A DNA stretch of 34,308 bases from Octopus sinensis (Eukaryota): assembly GCF_006345805.1 (NCBI RefSeq), contig NW_021831724.1:1-34308 (forward strand), written 5' to 3'. The position numbers and the translations under genes are program-made. The stretch's first letter is position 1. Each line of letters opens with the position of its first letter. This document shows positions 1-10,984 of this stretch, in pieces. The notes below the pieces were generated by a model, which was not told where the DNA came from, ran no database searches, and saw only the letters and a list, made by a program, of their open reading frames with translations.

Positions 1-207
1 ATGTCTGTAGGTACATAGATTCATACATGCACACATTCTTACATCCATAAATACATTCATACATACATACATTCATATATACATTCAATTATGCATACAT
101 GCATAAATAAATAAATACATACATACATTCATATATACATACATACATACATACATACATACATACATACATACATACATACATACATACATACATACAT
201 ACATACA
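1..207. repeat. (CATA)n microsatellite, degenerate at left and near-perfect from about 135 to 207
   Basis: Direct ACAT tandem run. On the minus strand it forms the (TGTA)n tail of the adjacent AB element. Confidence 0.97.
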
Positions 208-706
208 TGGTGGTTGCCTACTCCTTATACAAAGTTTGAACAACTCCTTACCGACACCTTAGCACCATTATGGTGCCTGATGTGACTTTTCAAAAGAAAG
301 AATATTCTGAAAAGACACCCACATAGATTGATCCTCCAATTTGGGCAACCAAGACCTGCAGATAAATTCTGCAGTTTGTAGGTCTTAAAATGTCGCTTGA
401 GGCCTCCGTTGGATTTGCAATCTTCATAAGTTCGTCAGGTGATCATTCTATCCCTTCACCCCAATATTTGTTTTGTCTCTCCTTGCATCATCACCCCATT
501 TTCTTTACCTTATATGGTTAATAAAGAAATTGACAGTTCAGGACTACATGCGCCGTTTCACGAGTCTTATTTTGCATCCAGCAGAGTGTCCAACAACACT
601 CTCATCACCAAGCAAGCCTGGTGGGGTTGCCGGTTTAGTCGCCGACGACCCGATCATGAAGCAGGATGTACTGGGTTACATGTTCCCAGTAGCACTCAAA
701 GGAGAC
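208..706 (-). mobile_element. 'AB' dispersed repeat, copy 1; probable degraded 3' end of a non-LTR retrotransposon (RTE-like)
   Basis: Homologous sequence at 21689-22186, plus split pieces at 17566-18071 and 19915-20411. One minus frame reads CKSNGGLKRHFKTY...LCGCLFRIFFLLKSHIRHH (C2H2-like halves). It ends in CAACCACCA-(TGTA)n. The clade assignment is inference. Confidence 0.55.
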
Positions 707-741
707 ATGCATACATACATACAGACAGACAGACAGAGAGA

Positions 742-1254
742 GATGACGGCCGTCCATGAACATGTATCATACATCAAAATGAAGCTGGTCCTCAGTGGAT
801 CACATCCCTTATCCACAACATAGTTGCTGTTTCTCTCAAAAGCAATGGTCTACCTTCGAATGACTGCATGTATCCCCGCCCGTGAAATTCCGTTGAGTGT
901 TCTTTGAGCCATTTCTTCATTACCTCCACACTCACCAGATTTTGCACTTCAGACTATAATCCCTTCGGCGCAACAAAAGAGGGTTTGAGAGACAAACATT
1001 ATACCAGTGACGAAGAAGTAAGAACTGTGGTGAAGATGTGGCTCAAAGAACATTCAACAGAATTTTACAGGGCAGGAATACATGCTCTCATTCGAAGAAG
1101 AAACATTGCTTTTGAGAGAAACGGTAACTATATTAAAGAGTAGGGATGTGATCCACTGGGGCCAAGATTCATTTTGATGTATGATACATGTTCCTGTGTT
1201 GGTAATTCTACCTTTCCTAAACAAAATGACATTAGTTTTCGACGCACACTCGTA
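742..1254 (+). mobile_element. 'M' module: mariner transposase 3' fragment with right TIR, preceded by an inverted partial copy
   Basis: Plus strand from ~925 gives a degraded P(H)SPDLAPSD-type motif, then YNPFGATKEGLRDKHYTSDEEVRTVVKMWLKE...GIHALIRRRNIAFERNGNYIKE*, a mariner C-terminus. 758-923 is an imperfect reverse complement of 1027-1193. A TIR-like end lies at ~1232-1254. Confidence 0.88.
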
Positions 1255-1361
1255 CGTACACACATACATAAGTACGTACACACATACCCTCATATATACA
1301 TATATACATACAAACATATATACACACATGCATAAACACATTCATACATACGTACATACAT

Positions 1362-3078
1362 ACTCAAAAGGCGTATCGATTGAGGACCCTTATCAACAGT
1401 GTCAATTCTTTGCCGAGGCTTTTTCAACTATTTTCAAACAAGATGATGGTCGTGAACCCCCTCCATTTGATAGATCGGTACCTCCAATGCTCCGATTTGT
1501 CATCACGCGGGACGAAGTCAAACGTGTTATTCAAGGCCTCGATGTCAACAAGGGTCAAGGCCCTGACGGCATAAAACACACAGGGTATCAAAGCGTTGGC
1601 TCCGGTCATATGCGAGCCCTTAACACGTCTATTCAATATGTCATTGGCGACGGGTGTTATACCTGCGGACTGGAGAACAGCGATAATCTGCCCAATTTCG
1701 AAGAAAGGGAGCCGCGAAGGCCCGCTTAACTACCGACCGGTTTCCCTTACATCAATAATCAGCAAGATGTTCGAAACCATCCTTAAGAAAAGTATGATGC
1801 TCCACCTCAAAAACGCAGCCTCTATCTCTGATTCCCAATACGGCTTCGTGCCGAAGAGATCATGCTTGACCAACTTACTGGTAATGGAAGAATTGGTGAC
1901 GCGCATCCTCGATGATAGTGATGCTGTTGACATCGTTTTATTGGACTTTGCCAAAGCTTTTGACTCGGTAAACCACCGCCTATTACTTGTCAAGCTTCAA
2001 GCATATAGTTTCCATCCGGATATTGTACGATGGGTTGGTGCCTTCCTCTCAGATCGCTCCTTCCAAGTCGAAGTTAATGGTTCGCGGTCCGACGTCTCCA
2101 GTGCGAGCTGTGGCGTGCCTGAAGGTTCAGTGTTTGGACCCTTATTGTTCTTAGTCTTCATAAATGACTTGCCCGACGACCTCACGCAACACACCCTTCT
2201 ATTAGCCGACGATGTCAAATTGGTCGCTCCTCGCGGTGGTATAGAGGATGCCTCCACCAAATTTGGAGGTGGTCTAACGAATGGGACCTGTGTCTGAACG
2301 TGTCAAAGTGCTGTCATCTGCCTGTTGGCTCTCCTCCTGCAACTCAACTTGATTTCGAGCTGGGCCGTCTGCTTCTGGAGAGGACCGATCAGGTAAAGGA
2401 CCTGGGTATCTTGGTGGATTCCTCCATTTCGCCTTCGGCCCAGTGCGTCCATGCTGCCAACAAAGCACGCGGAATTCTGTTCTTGATTCGACGGTCATTC
2501 GGAATGCTCACAGCAGCCATATTCCTACCACTCTATGTTCCGCTGGTGAGACCCATATTGGAGTACGGGATTCAAGCCTCTTCTCCTTATCTCTTCAAAG
2601 ACATTCAGCATCTCGAAAGAGTCCAGAAGCTGGCTACCCACATGATTGATGGTCTCAAAAATTTGTCCTATGAAGAAAGGCTGAAGACGCTCGACCTTTA
2701 TTCTCTAGAAAAACGCCGCCGCCGTGGTGATCTCATTCTCGCCCACAACATCATTAGCGGAAAGTGTAACCTCTCGAAAGAGCAGTTCTTCACTCCTGCT
2801 CCAGAGCGTCGGCTGCGGGGTCATTCCGAAAAGCTCTACCTGCGACGATTTCATCTCAATCGAAGAAAAGGAGCTTTCTCCGTCCGGGTTGCGGATCCGT
2901 GGAACAAGCTGCCAGACGAGATGGTGAAGATGCCGACGACCGCTTTGTTCAAAGCCTACCTTGACTTCAAGTGGCCTGAACTCTTTACATGACACACCCT
3001 GAACATAACTCCATGTCCCCCTACATGGCCTTGCTATTTGCTTTTGAGCCAAATTAACTAACTAACTAACTAACTAAC
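1362..3078 (+). mobile_element. CR1-clade LINE (family A), 5'-truncated, frameshifted RT plus 3' UTR and (TAAC)n tail
   Basis: ORFs 1596-2297 and 2300-2992 carry NYRPVSLTS, QYGF, LDFAKAFDSV, GVPEGSVFGPLLF, LADDVKL, ERVQKLAT and RLRGH...FSVRVADPWNKLP. The tail AACT repeats span 3054-3078. Confidence 0.93.
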
Positions 3079-3891
3079 ATACACACATATACATACATAC
3101 ACTCATACAAACACAAATACATGTACATATACGTACATATATGTACACACACGTATATGCACATATACATACACATATACATACACACAGACATACATAT
3201 ACATGCAAACGTGCATGCGTACATATACACATACACACACACATATGTACACACATGTATACGAACATATATACGTACATACATATAAGCTTGCATTCAT
3301 ACCTACATACATTCATACATACATACATGCATACACACACACATACATACACACTTACGTACACATATTCATGCTGCACACATACATACATTCATACACA
3401 CTCATATACATATATACACACATAAGTACATACACACATGCATAAATACATAAATATATACACACAGACATACGTACGCACCTACATAGACACGTACATA
3501 AAACCATACGTATAAACATGCATGCATAAACACAATCATGTATATATACATACATACGTACACACATATACATGTACATACGTGCATACTTACATACATA
3601 CACACATACATATGTACGTAGATGCATACATACGTGCATACATACATAGGCACCTACATGCAAGTATGCAACTATACCTATATACATACGCGCATGGAAT
3701 ATGTACATATACACACGTACATACTTACATAACTACATACATCAGTACACGCACATACATGCATGCATACGTACGTACGTACACGCGTAGAAACACACAT
3801 ACATATATACGCATGTATATATATATATATATGCGAGCATATATATATATACATACACACATACATATATACATGCATGCATACATTACAA
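3079..3891. repeat. Degenerate (CATA/CA/TA)n microsatellite block
   Basis: Direct. The segment ~3640-3895 is collinear with ~16165-16418. Confidence 0.95.
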
Positions 3892-3936
3892 ACCTGTCTG
3901 AGCCATTCCGCATCGTGCGTTCCGTCCCTCAAGGGT

Positions 3937-3973
<37 letters not shown>

Positions 3974-5127
3974 ATCTCCTCCCTTCTGTATGTACTGACT
4001 ATTGAACCATTTACTGCGGAAGCTGGGGGCGTTGATGGGTGTCTCGCGTGATCTAGTATCTGAGAGAAATGTATCTGCTTACGCTGATGATGTCACCGTC
4101 ATAGTGTCGAGCCACAGGCATATAGACCTGACAGTCGAAATACTACAGGAATATGAAGCGAAAACAGGAGCAAAAATGAACCCGGAAAAGTCAGTGGACT
4201 TGCAGCTCGGCACATGAAGAGGCAAGGCCATGCGGTCCAACAGCGTCATGCTGCGCTGGACAGACGGTCCCAACAAGTTGCTCGGAGTCATGTTTGGTCC
4301 GGACGTCCAAGTGGAGAAGAACTGGGACGAAGTGACGAGAAGGGTAGCCAATCTCACCCAGAAATAGACCAAGAGGAAGCTGTACCTGAAAGATTGGGCG
4401 GAGGTGACGAACGCGTACATGACACCCATCATCTCCTACCGCTTCACTGTCGTCCCTTGTCCCGTTTCCTGGTTGACCAAGCTTGTGCGCTTACTCTTCC
4501 GTTTTCTGTGGCAGATGCGCATTCCACTGGTCAGGCGCTCTATCTGTTGTCAATAGCTGCTGAGTGGAGGAGTGGGCATGCCCTGGTTACTGATGCGCAG
4601 ACGTGCGCTGAGGTTGCGTCATCTCCAGCCTTTCCTTGACGTGAGCAGGTGTGATCACCGTTTGTAAGAGGCACTTTTCCACAGCTCGTCTTTTTGACTG
4701 AGCGGCAATCCTGGACTGGGCGTAGTCCGAAGAAGGGCGCTTGGCACCTTGAGTGCCGTCAAGCACTCACAGTCCTCCACCAGGGGGCAATACGGTCGGT
4801 AATACTTCCACTCTAAAGTTCTAAAGAGTGCTAGTGAAGGGAAAGTGCGACGACGTCCTCAGGGAAACTTTGGGTGTCGATGAAGATCAACTAACCGATC
4901 TGTTTCGCAGCACTTTCGGGCCTGAGCCTATGGATAACTTCAAGAAATCCCTTGCCTGACAGTGCTACCGAGGGGCGCTGACTGTTTGGGATAAAATTTA
5001 TAGGCACGGAAATGCCGTCAGCCGGGCCCACGTGAGGTGCGCCCAGAAAGGTGAAACTGTTCTGCACGCCCTAGTCCAGTGCCCGAGTATTGCTGACCGG
5101 TGGGTTTATGTCGAACACCTACTGCAC
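3892..5127 (+). mobile_element. Tx1/L1-type LINE RT and C-terminal fragment, copy 1 (pseudogene)
   Basis: Motifs LSEPFRIVRSVPQGC, VSAYADDVTVIVSS and C-terminal RCAQKGETVLHALVQC (CCHC/zf-RVT-like). Stops and frameshifts are present. Near-identical to 12666-13880. Confidence 0.88.
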
Positions 5128-5225
5128 ACAAATCTCCACTATCAAAGCATATCTGATCAACAAAAAGCAATAAAATCGCACGGTCAGTATTTTGGGCATT
5201 CAGAATTGCTTCTTACAGCTTTGTA

Positions 5226-5341
5226 CAGATACTCACATACATACATACATACACACAAACAGATACATACATACATACATACATACGTACATACATACTT
5301 AAACAGTTACACGTACACATACGTAGATACATACATGCATA

Positions 5342-5381
<40 letters not shown>

Positions 5382-5712
5382 ATAGATACAGTCATAGATT
5401 CATACAGACATAGATGAATGCATACATACATGCAAGCATACCTCCATACATGCACAAATTCATGCACACATATATACACATTCATACACATTCACACCTT
5501 CATTCATGTATACATACATATATATACACACATGCATACATACATACGTGCATACATACACACATACATACATATATACATGTGCGTATGTGTGTATTTG
5601 TTTACGTACATATGTATGTGTACGTATGTATAAATGTATGCGTGTATCTATGCATGTGTGTATGTATATACAAACATTCATACATACCCACAAGCATACG
5701 CACATACATACA
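5226..5712. repeat. Degenerate (CATA)n/(TATG)n microsatellite block
   Basis: Direct. Collinear with 13976-14611. Confidence 0.93.
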
Positions 5713-5972
5713 TGGTGGCTGCCCCCTCGTTATCGAGTATGGCATTGCGCAAAGCTTAATCAATGTTGTTATCGTGCAATGCCTGTGCAAGAAGTTTTTT
5801 AAAGTAAGGAAAGGCTGATCACTGAGTCATCCCACTCACTAAGCGACAGCAGCCATAATCCGAAAAGAAGAACAAGTGAACATCATCGGTACCCACTGAG
5901 CCGCAGGTTTTATGTCGGACTTATCCCAGTTACCTGAGTTACCTTCTCCTAGAAGGATGCCCTAACAAAGGC
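5713..5972 (-). mobile_element. 'D' short dispersed repeat, copy 1 (possible RTE-related non-autonomous retroposon)
   Basis: Duplicated at 14612-14875. The minus strand ends GGGGCAGCCACCA-(TGTA)n and begins with TAGGGCATCCTTCTAGGAGAAGGTAACTC, which resembles RTE 5' region motifs (from memory, unverified). Confidence 0.5.
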
Positions 5973-6004
5973 ACAACAAAACACACACAGACACATATAT
6001 ACAC

Positions 6005-6420
6005 CACATACCTTCTTAAATGCCCTTCAAAGCCATGAAGAAGAAAGTTTTTCGTCATCAGTATAGCACATAGTTGGAGCATACACACTCACCAATGTCA
6101 TATAATTTCCTTTAGCCAAGGATTCTCATGGACATAGAAGTTCATTAATCCGATTGAATTCTTCGAACTTGTCCACAGAGTAGTCCTTAAAGCAAATGCC
6201 ACTCCAGCTTCTCCTCTAACTCTTCATTCCACCTTTCCAAAAGAATGTATATTTTCCACAGATTCTGTAAGATGACCATCTCCAGTAATACTCTCGTCTC
6301 AGATAAAGCAACATGTCAAGATCATAGCGTTGAAGCTCCTTCGCAACAAGCGCATCCTTCTTTCAGGACATTCAGTGGACTTGCGGTCAAGCAGTGTCCG
6401 TCCATTCCTATCCCTTCAGC
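6005..6420 (-). mobile_element. RTE-clade LINE AP-endonuclease N-terminal fragment, heavily degraded
   Basis: Piecing minus frames across frameshifts gives approximately RNGRTLLDR...ALVAKELQRYDLD..ALSETR..GDGHL..YTFFWKG..EAGVAFAL..MTLVSVYAPT, the APE start typical of RTE ORFs. Confidence 0.8.
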
Positions 6421-6589
6421 AACACCTCTTAACCTTGGCCAAGTTTGCATAGATGAGGCTGGTGATATCATAAGACTTGGAAGGTAACTCCTTGAGCAGC
6501 ATTCCTTGTCAGATAACCTGAAATGCATACCCATAGAAGTTGTGCGACTCTATCGCTACGTATCATTGGGGGAAACGATGAGCATATAT

Positions 6590-7548
6590 CAGCAGAAGAT
6601 TATTCATGGATATATTTGTAGGAGGCTCCATTATGATAGTAACACTGATCATCAAAGCGATCTATGATGGACCAATATCCGGATTACTACCTCCCACTTT
6701 GAAGGTATCCGTTTGCATTTCGGAAACAGAAAATATCAACCAAATACCTATAGCACAAAAGCGATAGAGATGCAGGAAGAGTAGTAAAATGTTCTTCTGG
6801 TGCAGATTTTGTGGGGTTAACACCGAACACATCAATCATTCACAAGCAGTTGTCGGAAAATCTTATCACAGTATAATCTACCGATGAGGCATGATGTGGT
6901 AGCAAGGACACACTGTGATGAAATTCATTGGAAGGGTAACACCGAGGACAAAGAAATAAGAACCCACCTACTAATAATAAAAAGGAGTACTAGTGGAATA
7001 TAAGCACAGTAGACCTGATATAACGATTTGGGATAGAGAAGAGAAACTGTGTACAGTTGTGGAAATTGCTGTCCAGCGGATGTTAACTTAAAGATGAAGA
7101 TCAATGAAAAAGAGAACACCTATACTGAACTATTGAGAAATCTGAAGTTACACTAACCAAATTACAAGTTCAGATTTATACCTGTAATTATTGGATATGT
7201 AACAACCCTGCCTAAATAACGATCTTGAGAAATTCGGCTTCTCAAAACCAGAAAGGAGAAAGCTAATTCGAAAAATACAGATCCAAACCATCACTGGAAC
7301 TGTAGAAATCCGTAAAACTTTCCAGACGTTTAGCATTTAAATATATATCAGCATGCCTAGATATGCAACTATATGCATGAGTATACATACAGAGTACAAA
7401 TCATACAAATCTGCACATATAAATACATACAAACAAACAAAAATACCCTGTTGTTAATGTTGTAATTCCAATGAAGTAGCCTTGGACCTAGGTTAGAAAC
7501 CGGCGCTTTCCCTACAGGCAAAACTTCTTGAAATAAAACCAAATAATG
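6590..7548 (+). mobile_element. RLE-type LINE 3' fragment (R4/Dong-like): CCHC knuckle and PD-(D/E)xK nuclease
   Basis: From 6801, CRFCGVNTEHINH(I)TSSC; then PMRHDVVART; then from ~7002, KHSRPDITIWDREEKLCTVVEI...EKENTY..L...FIPVIIG. Frameshifted. Putative 3' UTR runs to the AATAAA near 7532. Confidence 0.82.
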
Positions 7549-8204
7549 TCATACATATATACATTGCCATACTCAGTGCCCCGATCCATCATTCAGTGAG
7601 ATATCCAAGTGCTAGATTTCTTCTACTTAATATTTTTAGAGCAGAACAAAAAAGATATTTGATATTTGACAAAACTACAAACATCAATTTTACAAAATCA
7701 ATAGCGTTCCTTAACTTTTTTAAATTCTATTTATAGCATTTATGTTTTAATTTGTTTAGCGATAAACATTTATTTTATTTAATTCAAAATTAAAAGTATT
7801 TTTTTGTTTTTCGGATTTTAAGATTTTTCTTCCAAGTTCTTAGTTTTAATATAAGATATAGAAGAGTTTAAAAGGAAACAAGTCTTGATAAATATTACGA
7901 TGGTGTACTTCATTTCTAATTCTACTTTCAAATTATTGGGAATTATAAAGATAACCTAAACACTTTTGATGGCGACGCCCTTGTACGACAAACACGGCAG
8001 TGGGACCACATCATAGAATATATAGGGAACATTAAACGTTATAATAATTTTAGAATGATGGAATGTTTATATAAGTATTCCAATGAAATACGACTAACAC
8101 AAAGTTTTCTCAGTTACCATTTACAAATAGTGATCGAGTGAACACAATAAATGGATTTAGAGTTGGTGTTCCTTTATAACTTTGAATATTTCAAATAAAA
8201 TGGG

Positions 8205-8400
8205 CGATGAAATGGCAAAGGTGCTATCATTTCAAACAAAATGCTTTGCAGGATTTCACTGGGGTCTTTATGTTCTGATTGAAATCCTGCCAGGGTCACC
8301 TTTGCCAATCATACCTCTTCGGTTCTGAGGATGAATTAACCAACTGTCCACCTCACACAGAAGCAATTCCCGGCATTGTGCCGAAACCAGAAAAAACTTT
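8205..8400 (+). mobile_element. Strongly decayed tRNA-derived SINE
   Basis: CAAAATGCTT..TTTATGTTCTGA..AAATCCTGCCAGGGTCACCTTTGCC matches the SINE core seen at 8700-8865 and 31523-31662. Confidence 0.6.
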
Positions 8401-8496
8401 ATAACGGTCTCTCTTCGATTTCATTACAATGAATTACTACGCTATGTCACATGTGTTTATGTATGCTGCCTCTGTGTCTGTGTACATATATTATAA

Positions 8497-8497
<1 letters not shown>

Positions 8498-8550
<53 letters not shown>

Positions 8551-8570
8551 ATATATATATATATATATAT
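8498..8570. repeat. (TA)n microsatellite
   Basis: Direct. Confidence 0.97.
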
Positions 8571-8699
8571 GAATGCATAAGTATAAAACTCAATACATCC
8601 AAATTTAGTTGATTTGAAGAGGGGATTGTTTTTCTGCAGAAGGGCTTCGAAAATGCAATTGATTTACTTACAGATAAATAACTAAGAATATAAGGCAGC

Positions 8700-8865
8700 T
8701 TTGCGACATCTCGTCTGTCTTAATTTTTTCTGAGTTCAAATTCCGCCGAGGTCATTTTTGCTTTTCATTATTTCAGGATCGATAACATAGGTTCCACCAG
8801 TTGAGCACTGGGGTCGATGCAATCGACTTACCCTTCCGCCGACAGTACTTGCCTTATGACAAAAT
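8700..8865 (+). mobile_element. tRNA-derived SINE fragment
   Basis: B-box-like GAGTTCAAATTCC, followed by GCCGAGGTC..TTTGC, GATCGATAA and CCAGTTGAGCACTGGGGTCGATGCAATCGACTTA. Reverse-strand homologue at 31523-31662. Confidence 0.85.
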
Positions 8866-9119
8866 GTGTAAGCAATATACTAATGCATGGTATCATCAAT
8901 AAAAAGACGGATGAAAGAGATGGGCGTTAGTGAAGCTAAAGGGGAGAAGGCGATGGTAGATGAGGTTTGGAGGCCCAGAACGATCAAAAGTAAGAGACGG
9001 AGGGTGAGATTTAAGAAGAGAGAAACCTCTAGAAGAAAAGAGAAAAGTCTATAAGGAATAATGGAAAACAACAATGTAAAAATTAAAACCAAGAACTTAT
9101 AACACAATAGGATCTGACT

Positions 9120-9229
9120 TTATATATACATTTATAAATATATATACACACACATATACATATATATATATACAAACATATACATCCAGACGTATATATG
9201 CGTGTATGCTTTAATGAATGTGTGTGACC

Positions 9230-9263
<34 letters not shown>

Positions 9264-9349
9264 GTGTGTCAGTGTGATTGTGTTTGCGTGTGTACTTCTA
9301 TACACGTATATGTTTGCATAGAAATGGACATAAACATATACATATATTA

Positions 9350-9386
<37 letters not shown>

Positions 9387-9520
9387 CATACATACACGTA
9401 TGTACAGTTCTATATGCATATCTGTATGTATTTATGTGTAGGTAGACAGATAGAGAGACAGAGAAAGAGAGGCGGTGAGAGAGATTAATTAATCAAATAT
9501 ATGTGTGTGTGTGTGTATCT
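9120..9520. repeat. Mixed (TA)n/(CA)n/(GA)n/(GT)n microsatellite block
   Basis: Direct. Confidence 0.9.
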
Positions 9521-9848
9521 ATAAATGTTAAATCTTAAAAGTAATAAAATTTGGTTTACCTTTAAAATCGGCTCCAGCAATCAATTCGCTTCCCGATCTT
9601 TTAATAACTGATTATGTGTATTCAGTTACCTTATATAAGTGTGTCTAAAACTGCAGAAGGTACCTCATATGCATATCGAATAAATTGGACAATTGTCATT
9701 AATCTTTAAGTGCTTTATTTTTAAAACGCCAGTCACAGTATTTCCTGTTGTTGTATGTTATGGGCGATCCTTCTTTAACATTTAGTCATCTTCATTATGT
9801 ATATTAACAAAGCATTGTCTGCTCCTTCCTGCAAAAGGAAGTTGGTAC

Positions 9849-10975
9849 GTTAGTTAGTTAGTTAATTTTTTGGCTCAAAAAGAAAAAAGCAAGGCCATGT
9901 AGGGTGACATGGAGTTATGTACAGGGTGGTGTTCATGTAAAGAGGCTACTTGTGGTCAAGGGAGACTTTGAACCGAACGGTCGTCGGCATCTTCACCATC
10001 TCGTCTGGCAGCTTATTCCACGGTTCCGCAACCCGGGCGGAGAAAGGGCCGTGACCGTTGTTGACATCGAGGCCTTGAATAACGCGTTCGACTTCGTCCC
10101 GCGTGATGACCGATCGAAGCATTGGAGGTACCGATCTATCAAATGGAGGGGGTTCACGACCATCATCTTGTTTGAAAATTGTTGAAAACGCCTCGGCAAA
10201 TAATTGACTCTGTTGATAAGGGTCCTCAATCGATACGCCTGTTGAGTCTACCAACGTTGCAATATGGTTATTCAAGCGGGAATTCCGCTGGACATGGGCA
10301 AAGAAGGTTTTTGGATTGCTACTGGCGTTTGCCGCGATTTTGTATTCATATCTGAAGCGTTCTTCCTTTTCTATTTTCACGGCTCGGTCTCGTTGAGTTT
10401 TGTACACCTCTAAAGCTGCAGTGGAATCTAGATTTTTGAATTCAGCCCAAGCAATATCTCTGAGTCGAAGTTCTCGTTTAACCTTCTTCGTCACCCAGGG
10501 CTTGTGTTTCTTCTTTTTGGGAAGCCCAACGGGAACTGCCTGGTCAATCAACCAGATTACATATGATTCGGCAACTGAGGACAACGTCATCAGGGATCGC
10601 CAGTCCAGAAGCGCGTAGCCTCGGTTAGAATTTCAAGATTAATTGCAGAGAAGACTCTACGTGGCAGCGAAGTAGTCGTGCGCGTAGAAAAAGTTGTGTG
10701 CATGACGAACTTCAGGACCGCATGATCACTCTTGGCAAGAGGGGCACACAGATACGTCTGATATTGATCTGGGATAGCGGGAGAATACGAGATCCAGCAT
10801 AGATGGCTGCAGCCCAGACCGATGCCTTGTCGGATATTCAACATGTTGCGATAGAAAACAATCTTCAGCCACGTCAAGAAGGGCCTGGCCGAACCGGGAA
10901 GATGATGTACAAATTGATGCGGGCCAATCGATCGTTGGAGCGATGAAGTCTCCGAATATATGCTGACTTGTACCG
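9849..10975 (-). mobile_element. CR1-clade LINE (family A), copy 2: endonuclease C-half, linker and 3' end, with the RT domain deleted
   Basis: Minus frames give GDFIAPTIDW, PTRHRSGLQPSMLDLVFS and AKSDHAVLKF. ORF 9946-10590 joins GLDVNNGHGP directly to FSARVAEPWNKLP. Same 3' UTR and (TAAC)n tail as 1362-3078. Confidence 0.92.
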
Positions 10976-10984
10976 GCTGTCCTC

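Noticed and set aside
439-823. Recurrent plus-strand ORFs (…PYMVNKEIDSSG…; …LVADDP…) also at 17558, 19993 and 21994, suggesting a small gene family
   Set aside because: Starts, stops and frames differ between copies, and each ends in microsatellite. They are better explained as copies of the AB repeat, whose informative frame is on the minus strand.
1362-3078. CR1 ORFs (and 23744-26205) as active autonomous elements
   Set aside because: Both are 5'-truncated and broken into several frames; catalytic-region residues are altered (LADD, YVDD, VPEGS).
3066-3998. Dozens of ORFs rich in MYVC/HTYI (also 5414-5818, 13962-16650, 18354-19126, 20811-21407, 22617-23664)
   Set aside because: They are translations of (CATA/TATG/CA)n microsatellites, which lack stops in several frames. 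They are open on both strands at once and have no domain content.
8880-9107. Hydrophobic 75-aa minus ORF resembling a membrane peptide
   Set aside because: It is the complement of a purine-rich tract; the Leu/Phe/Ser bias follows from base composition.
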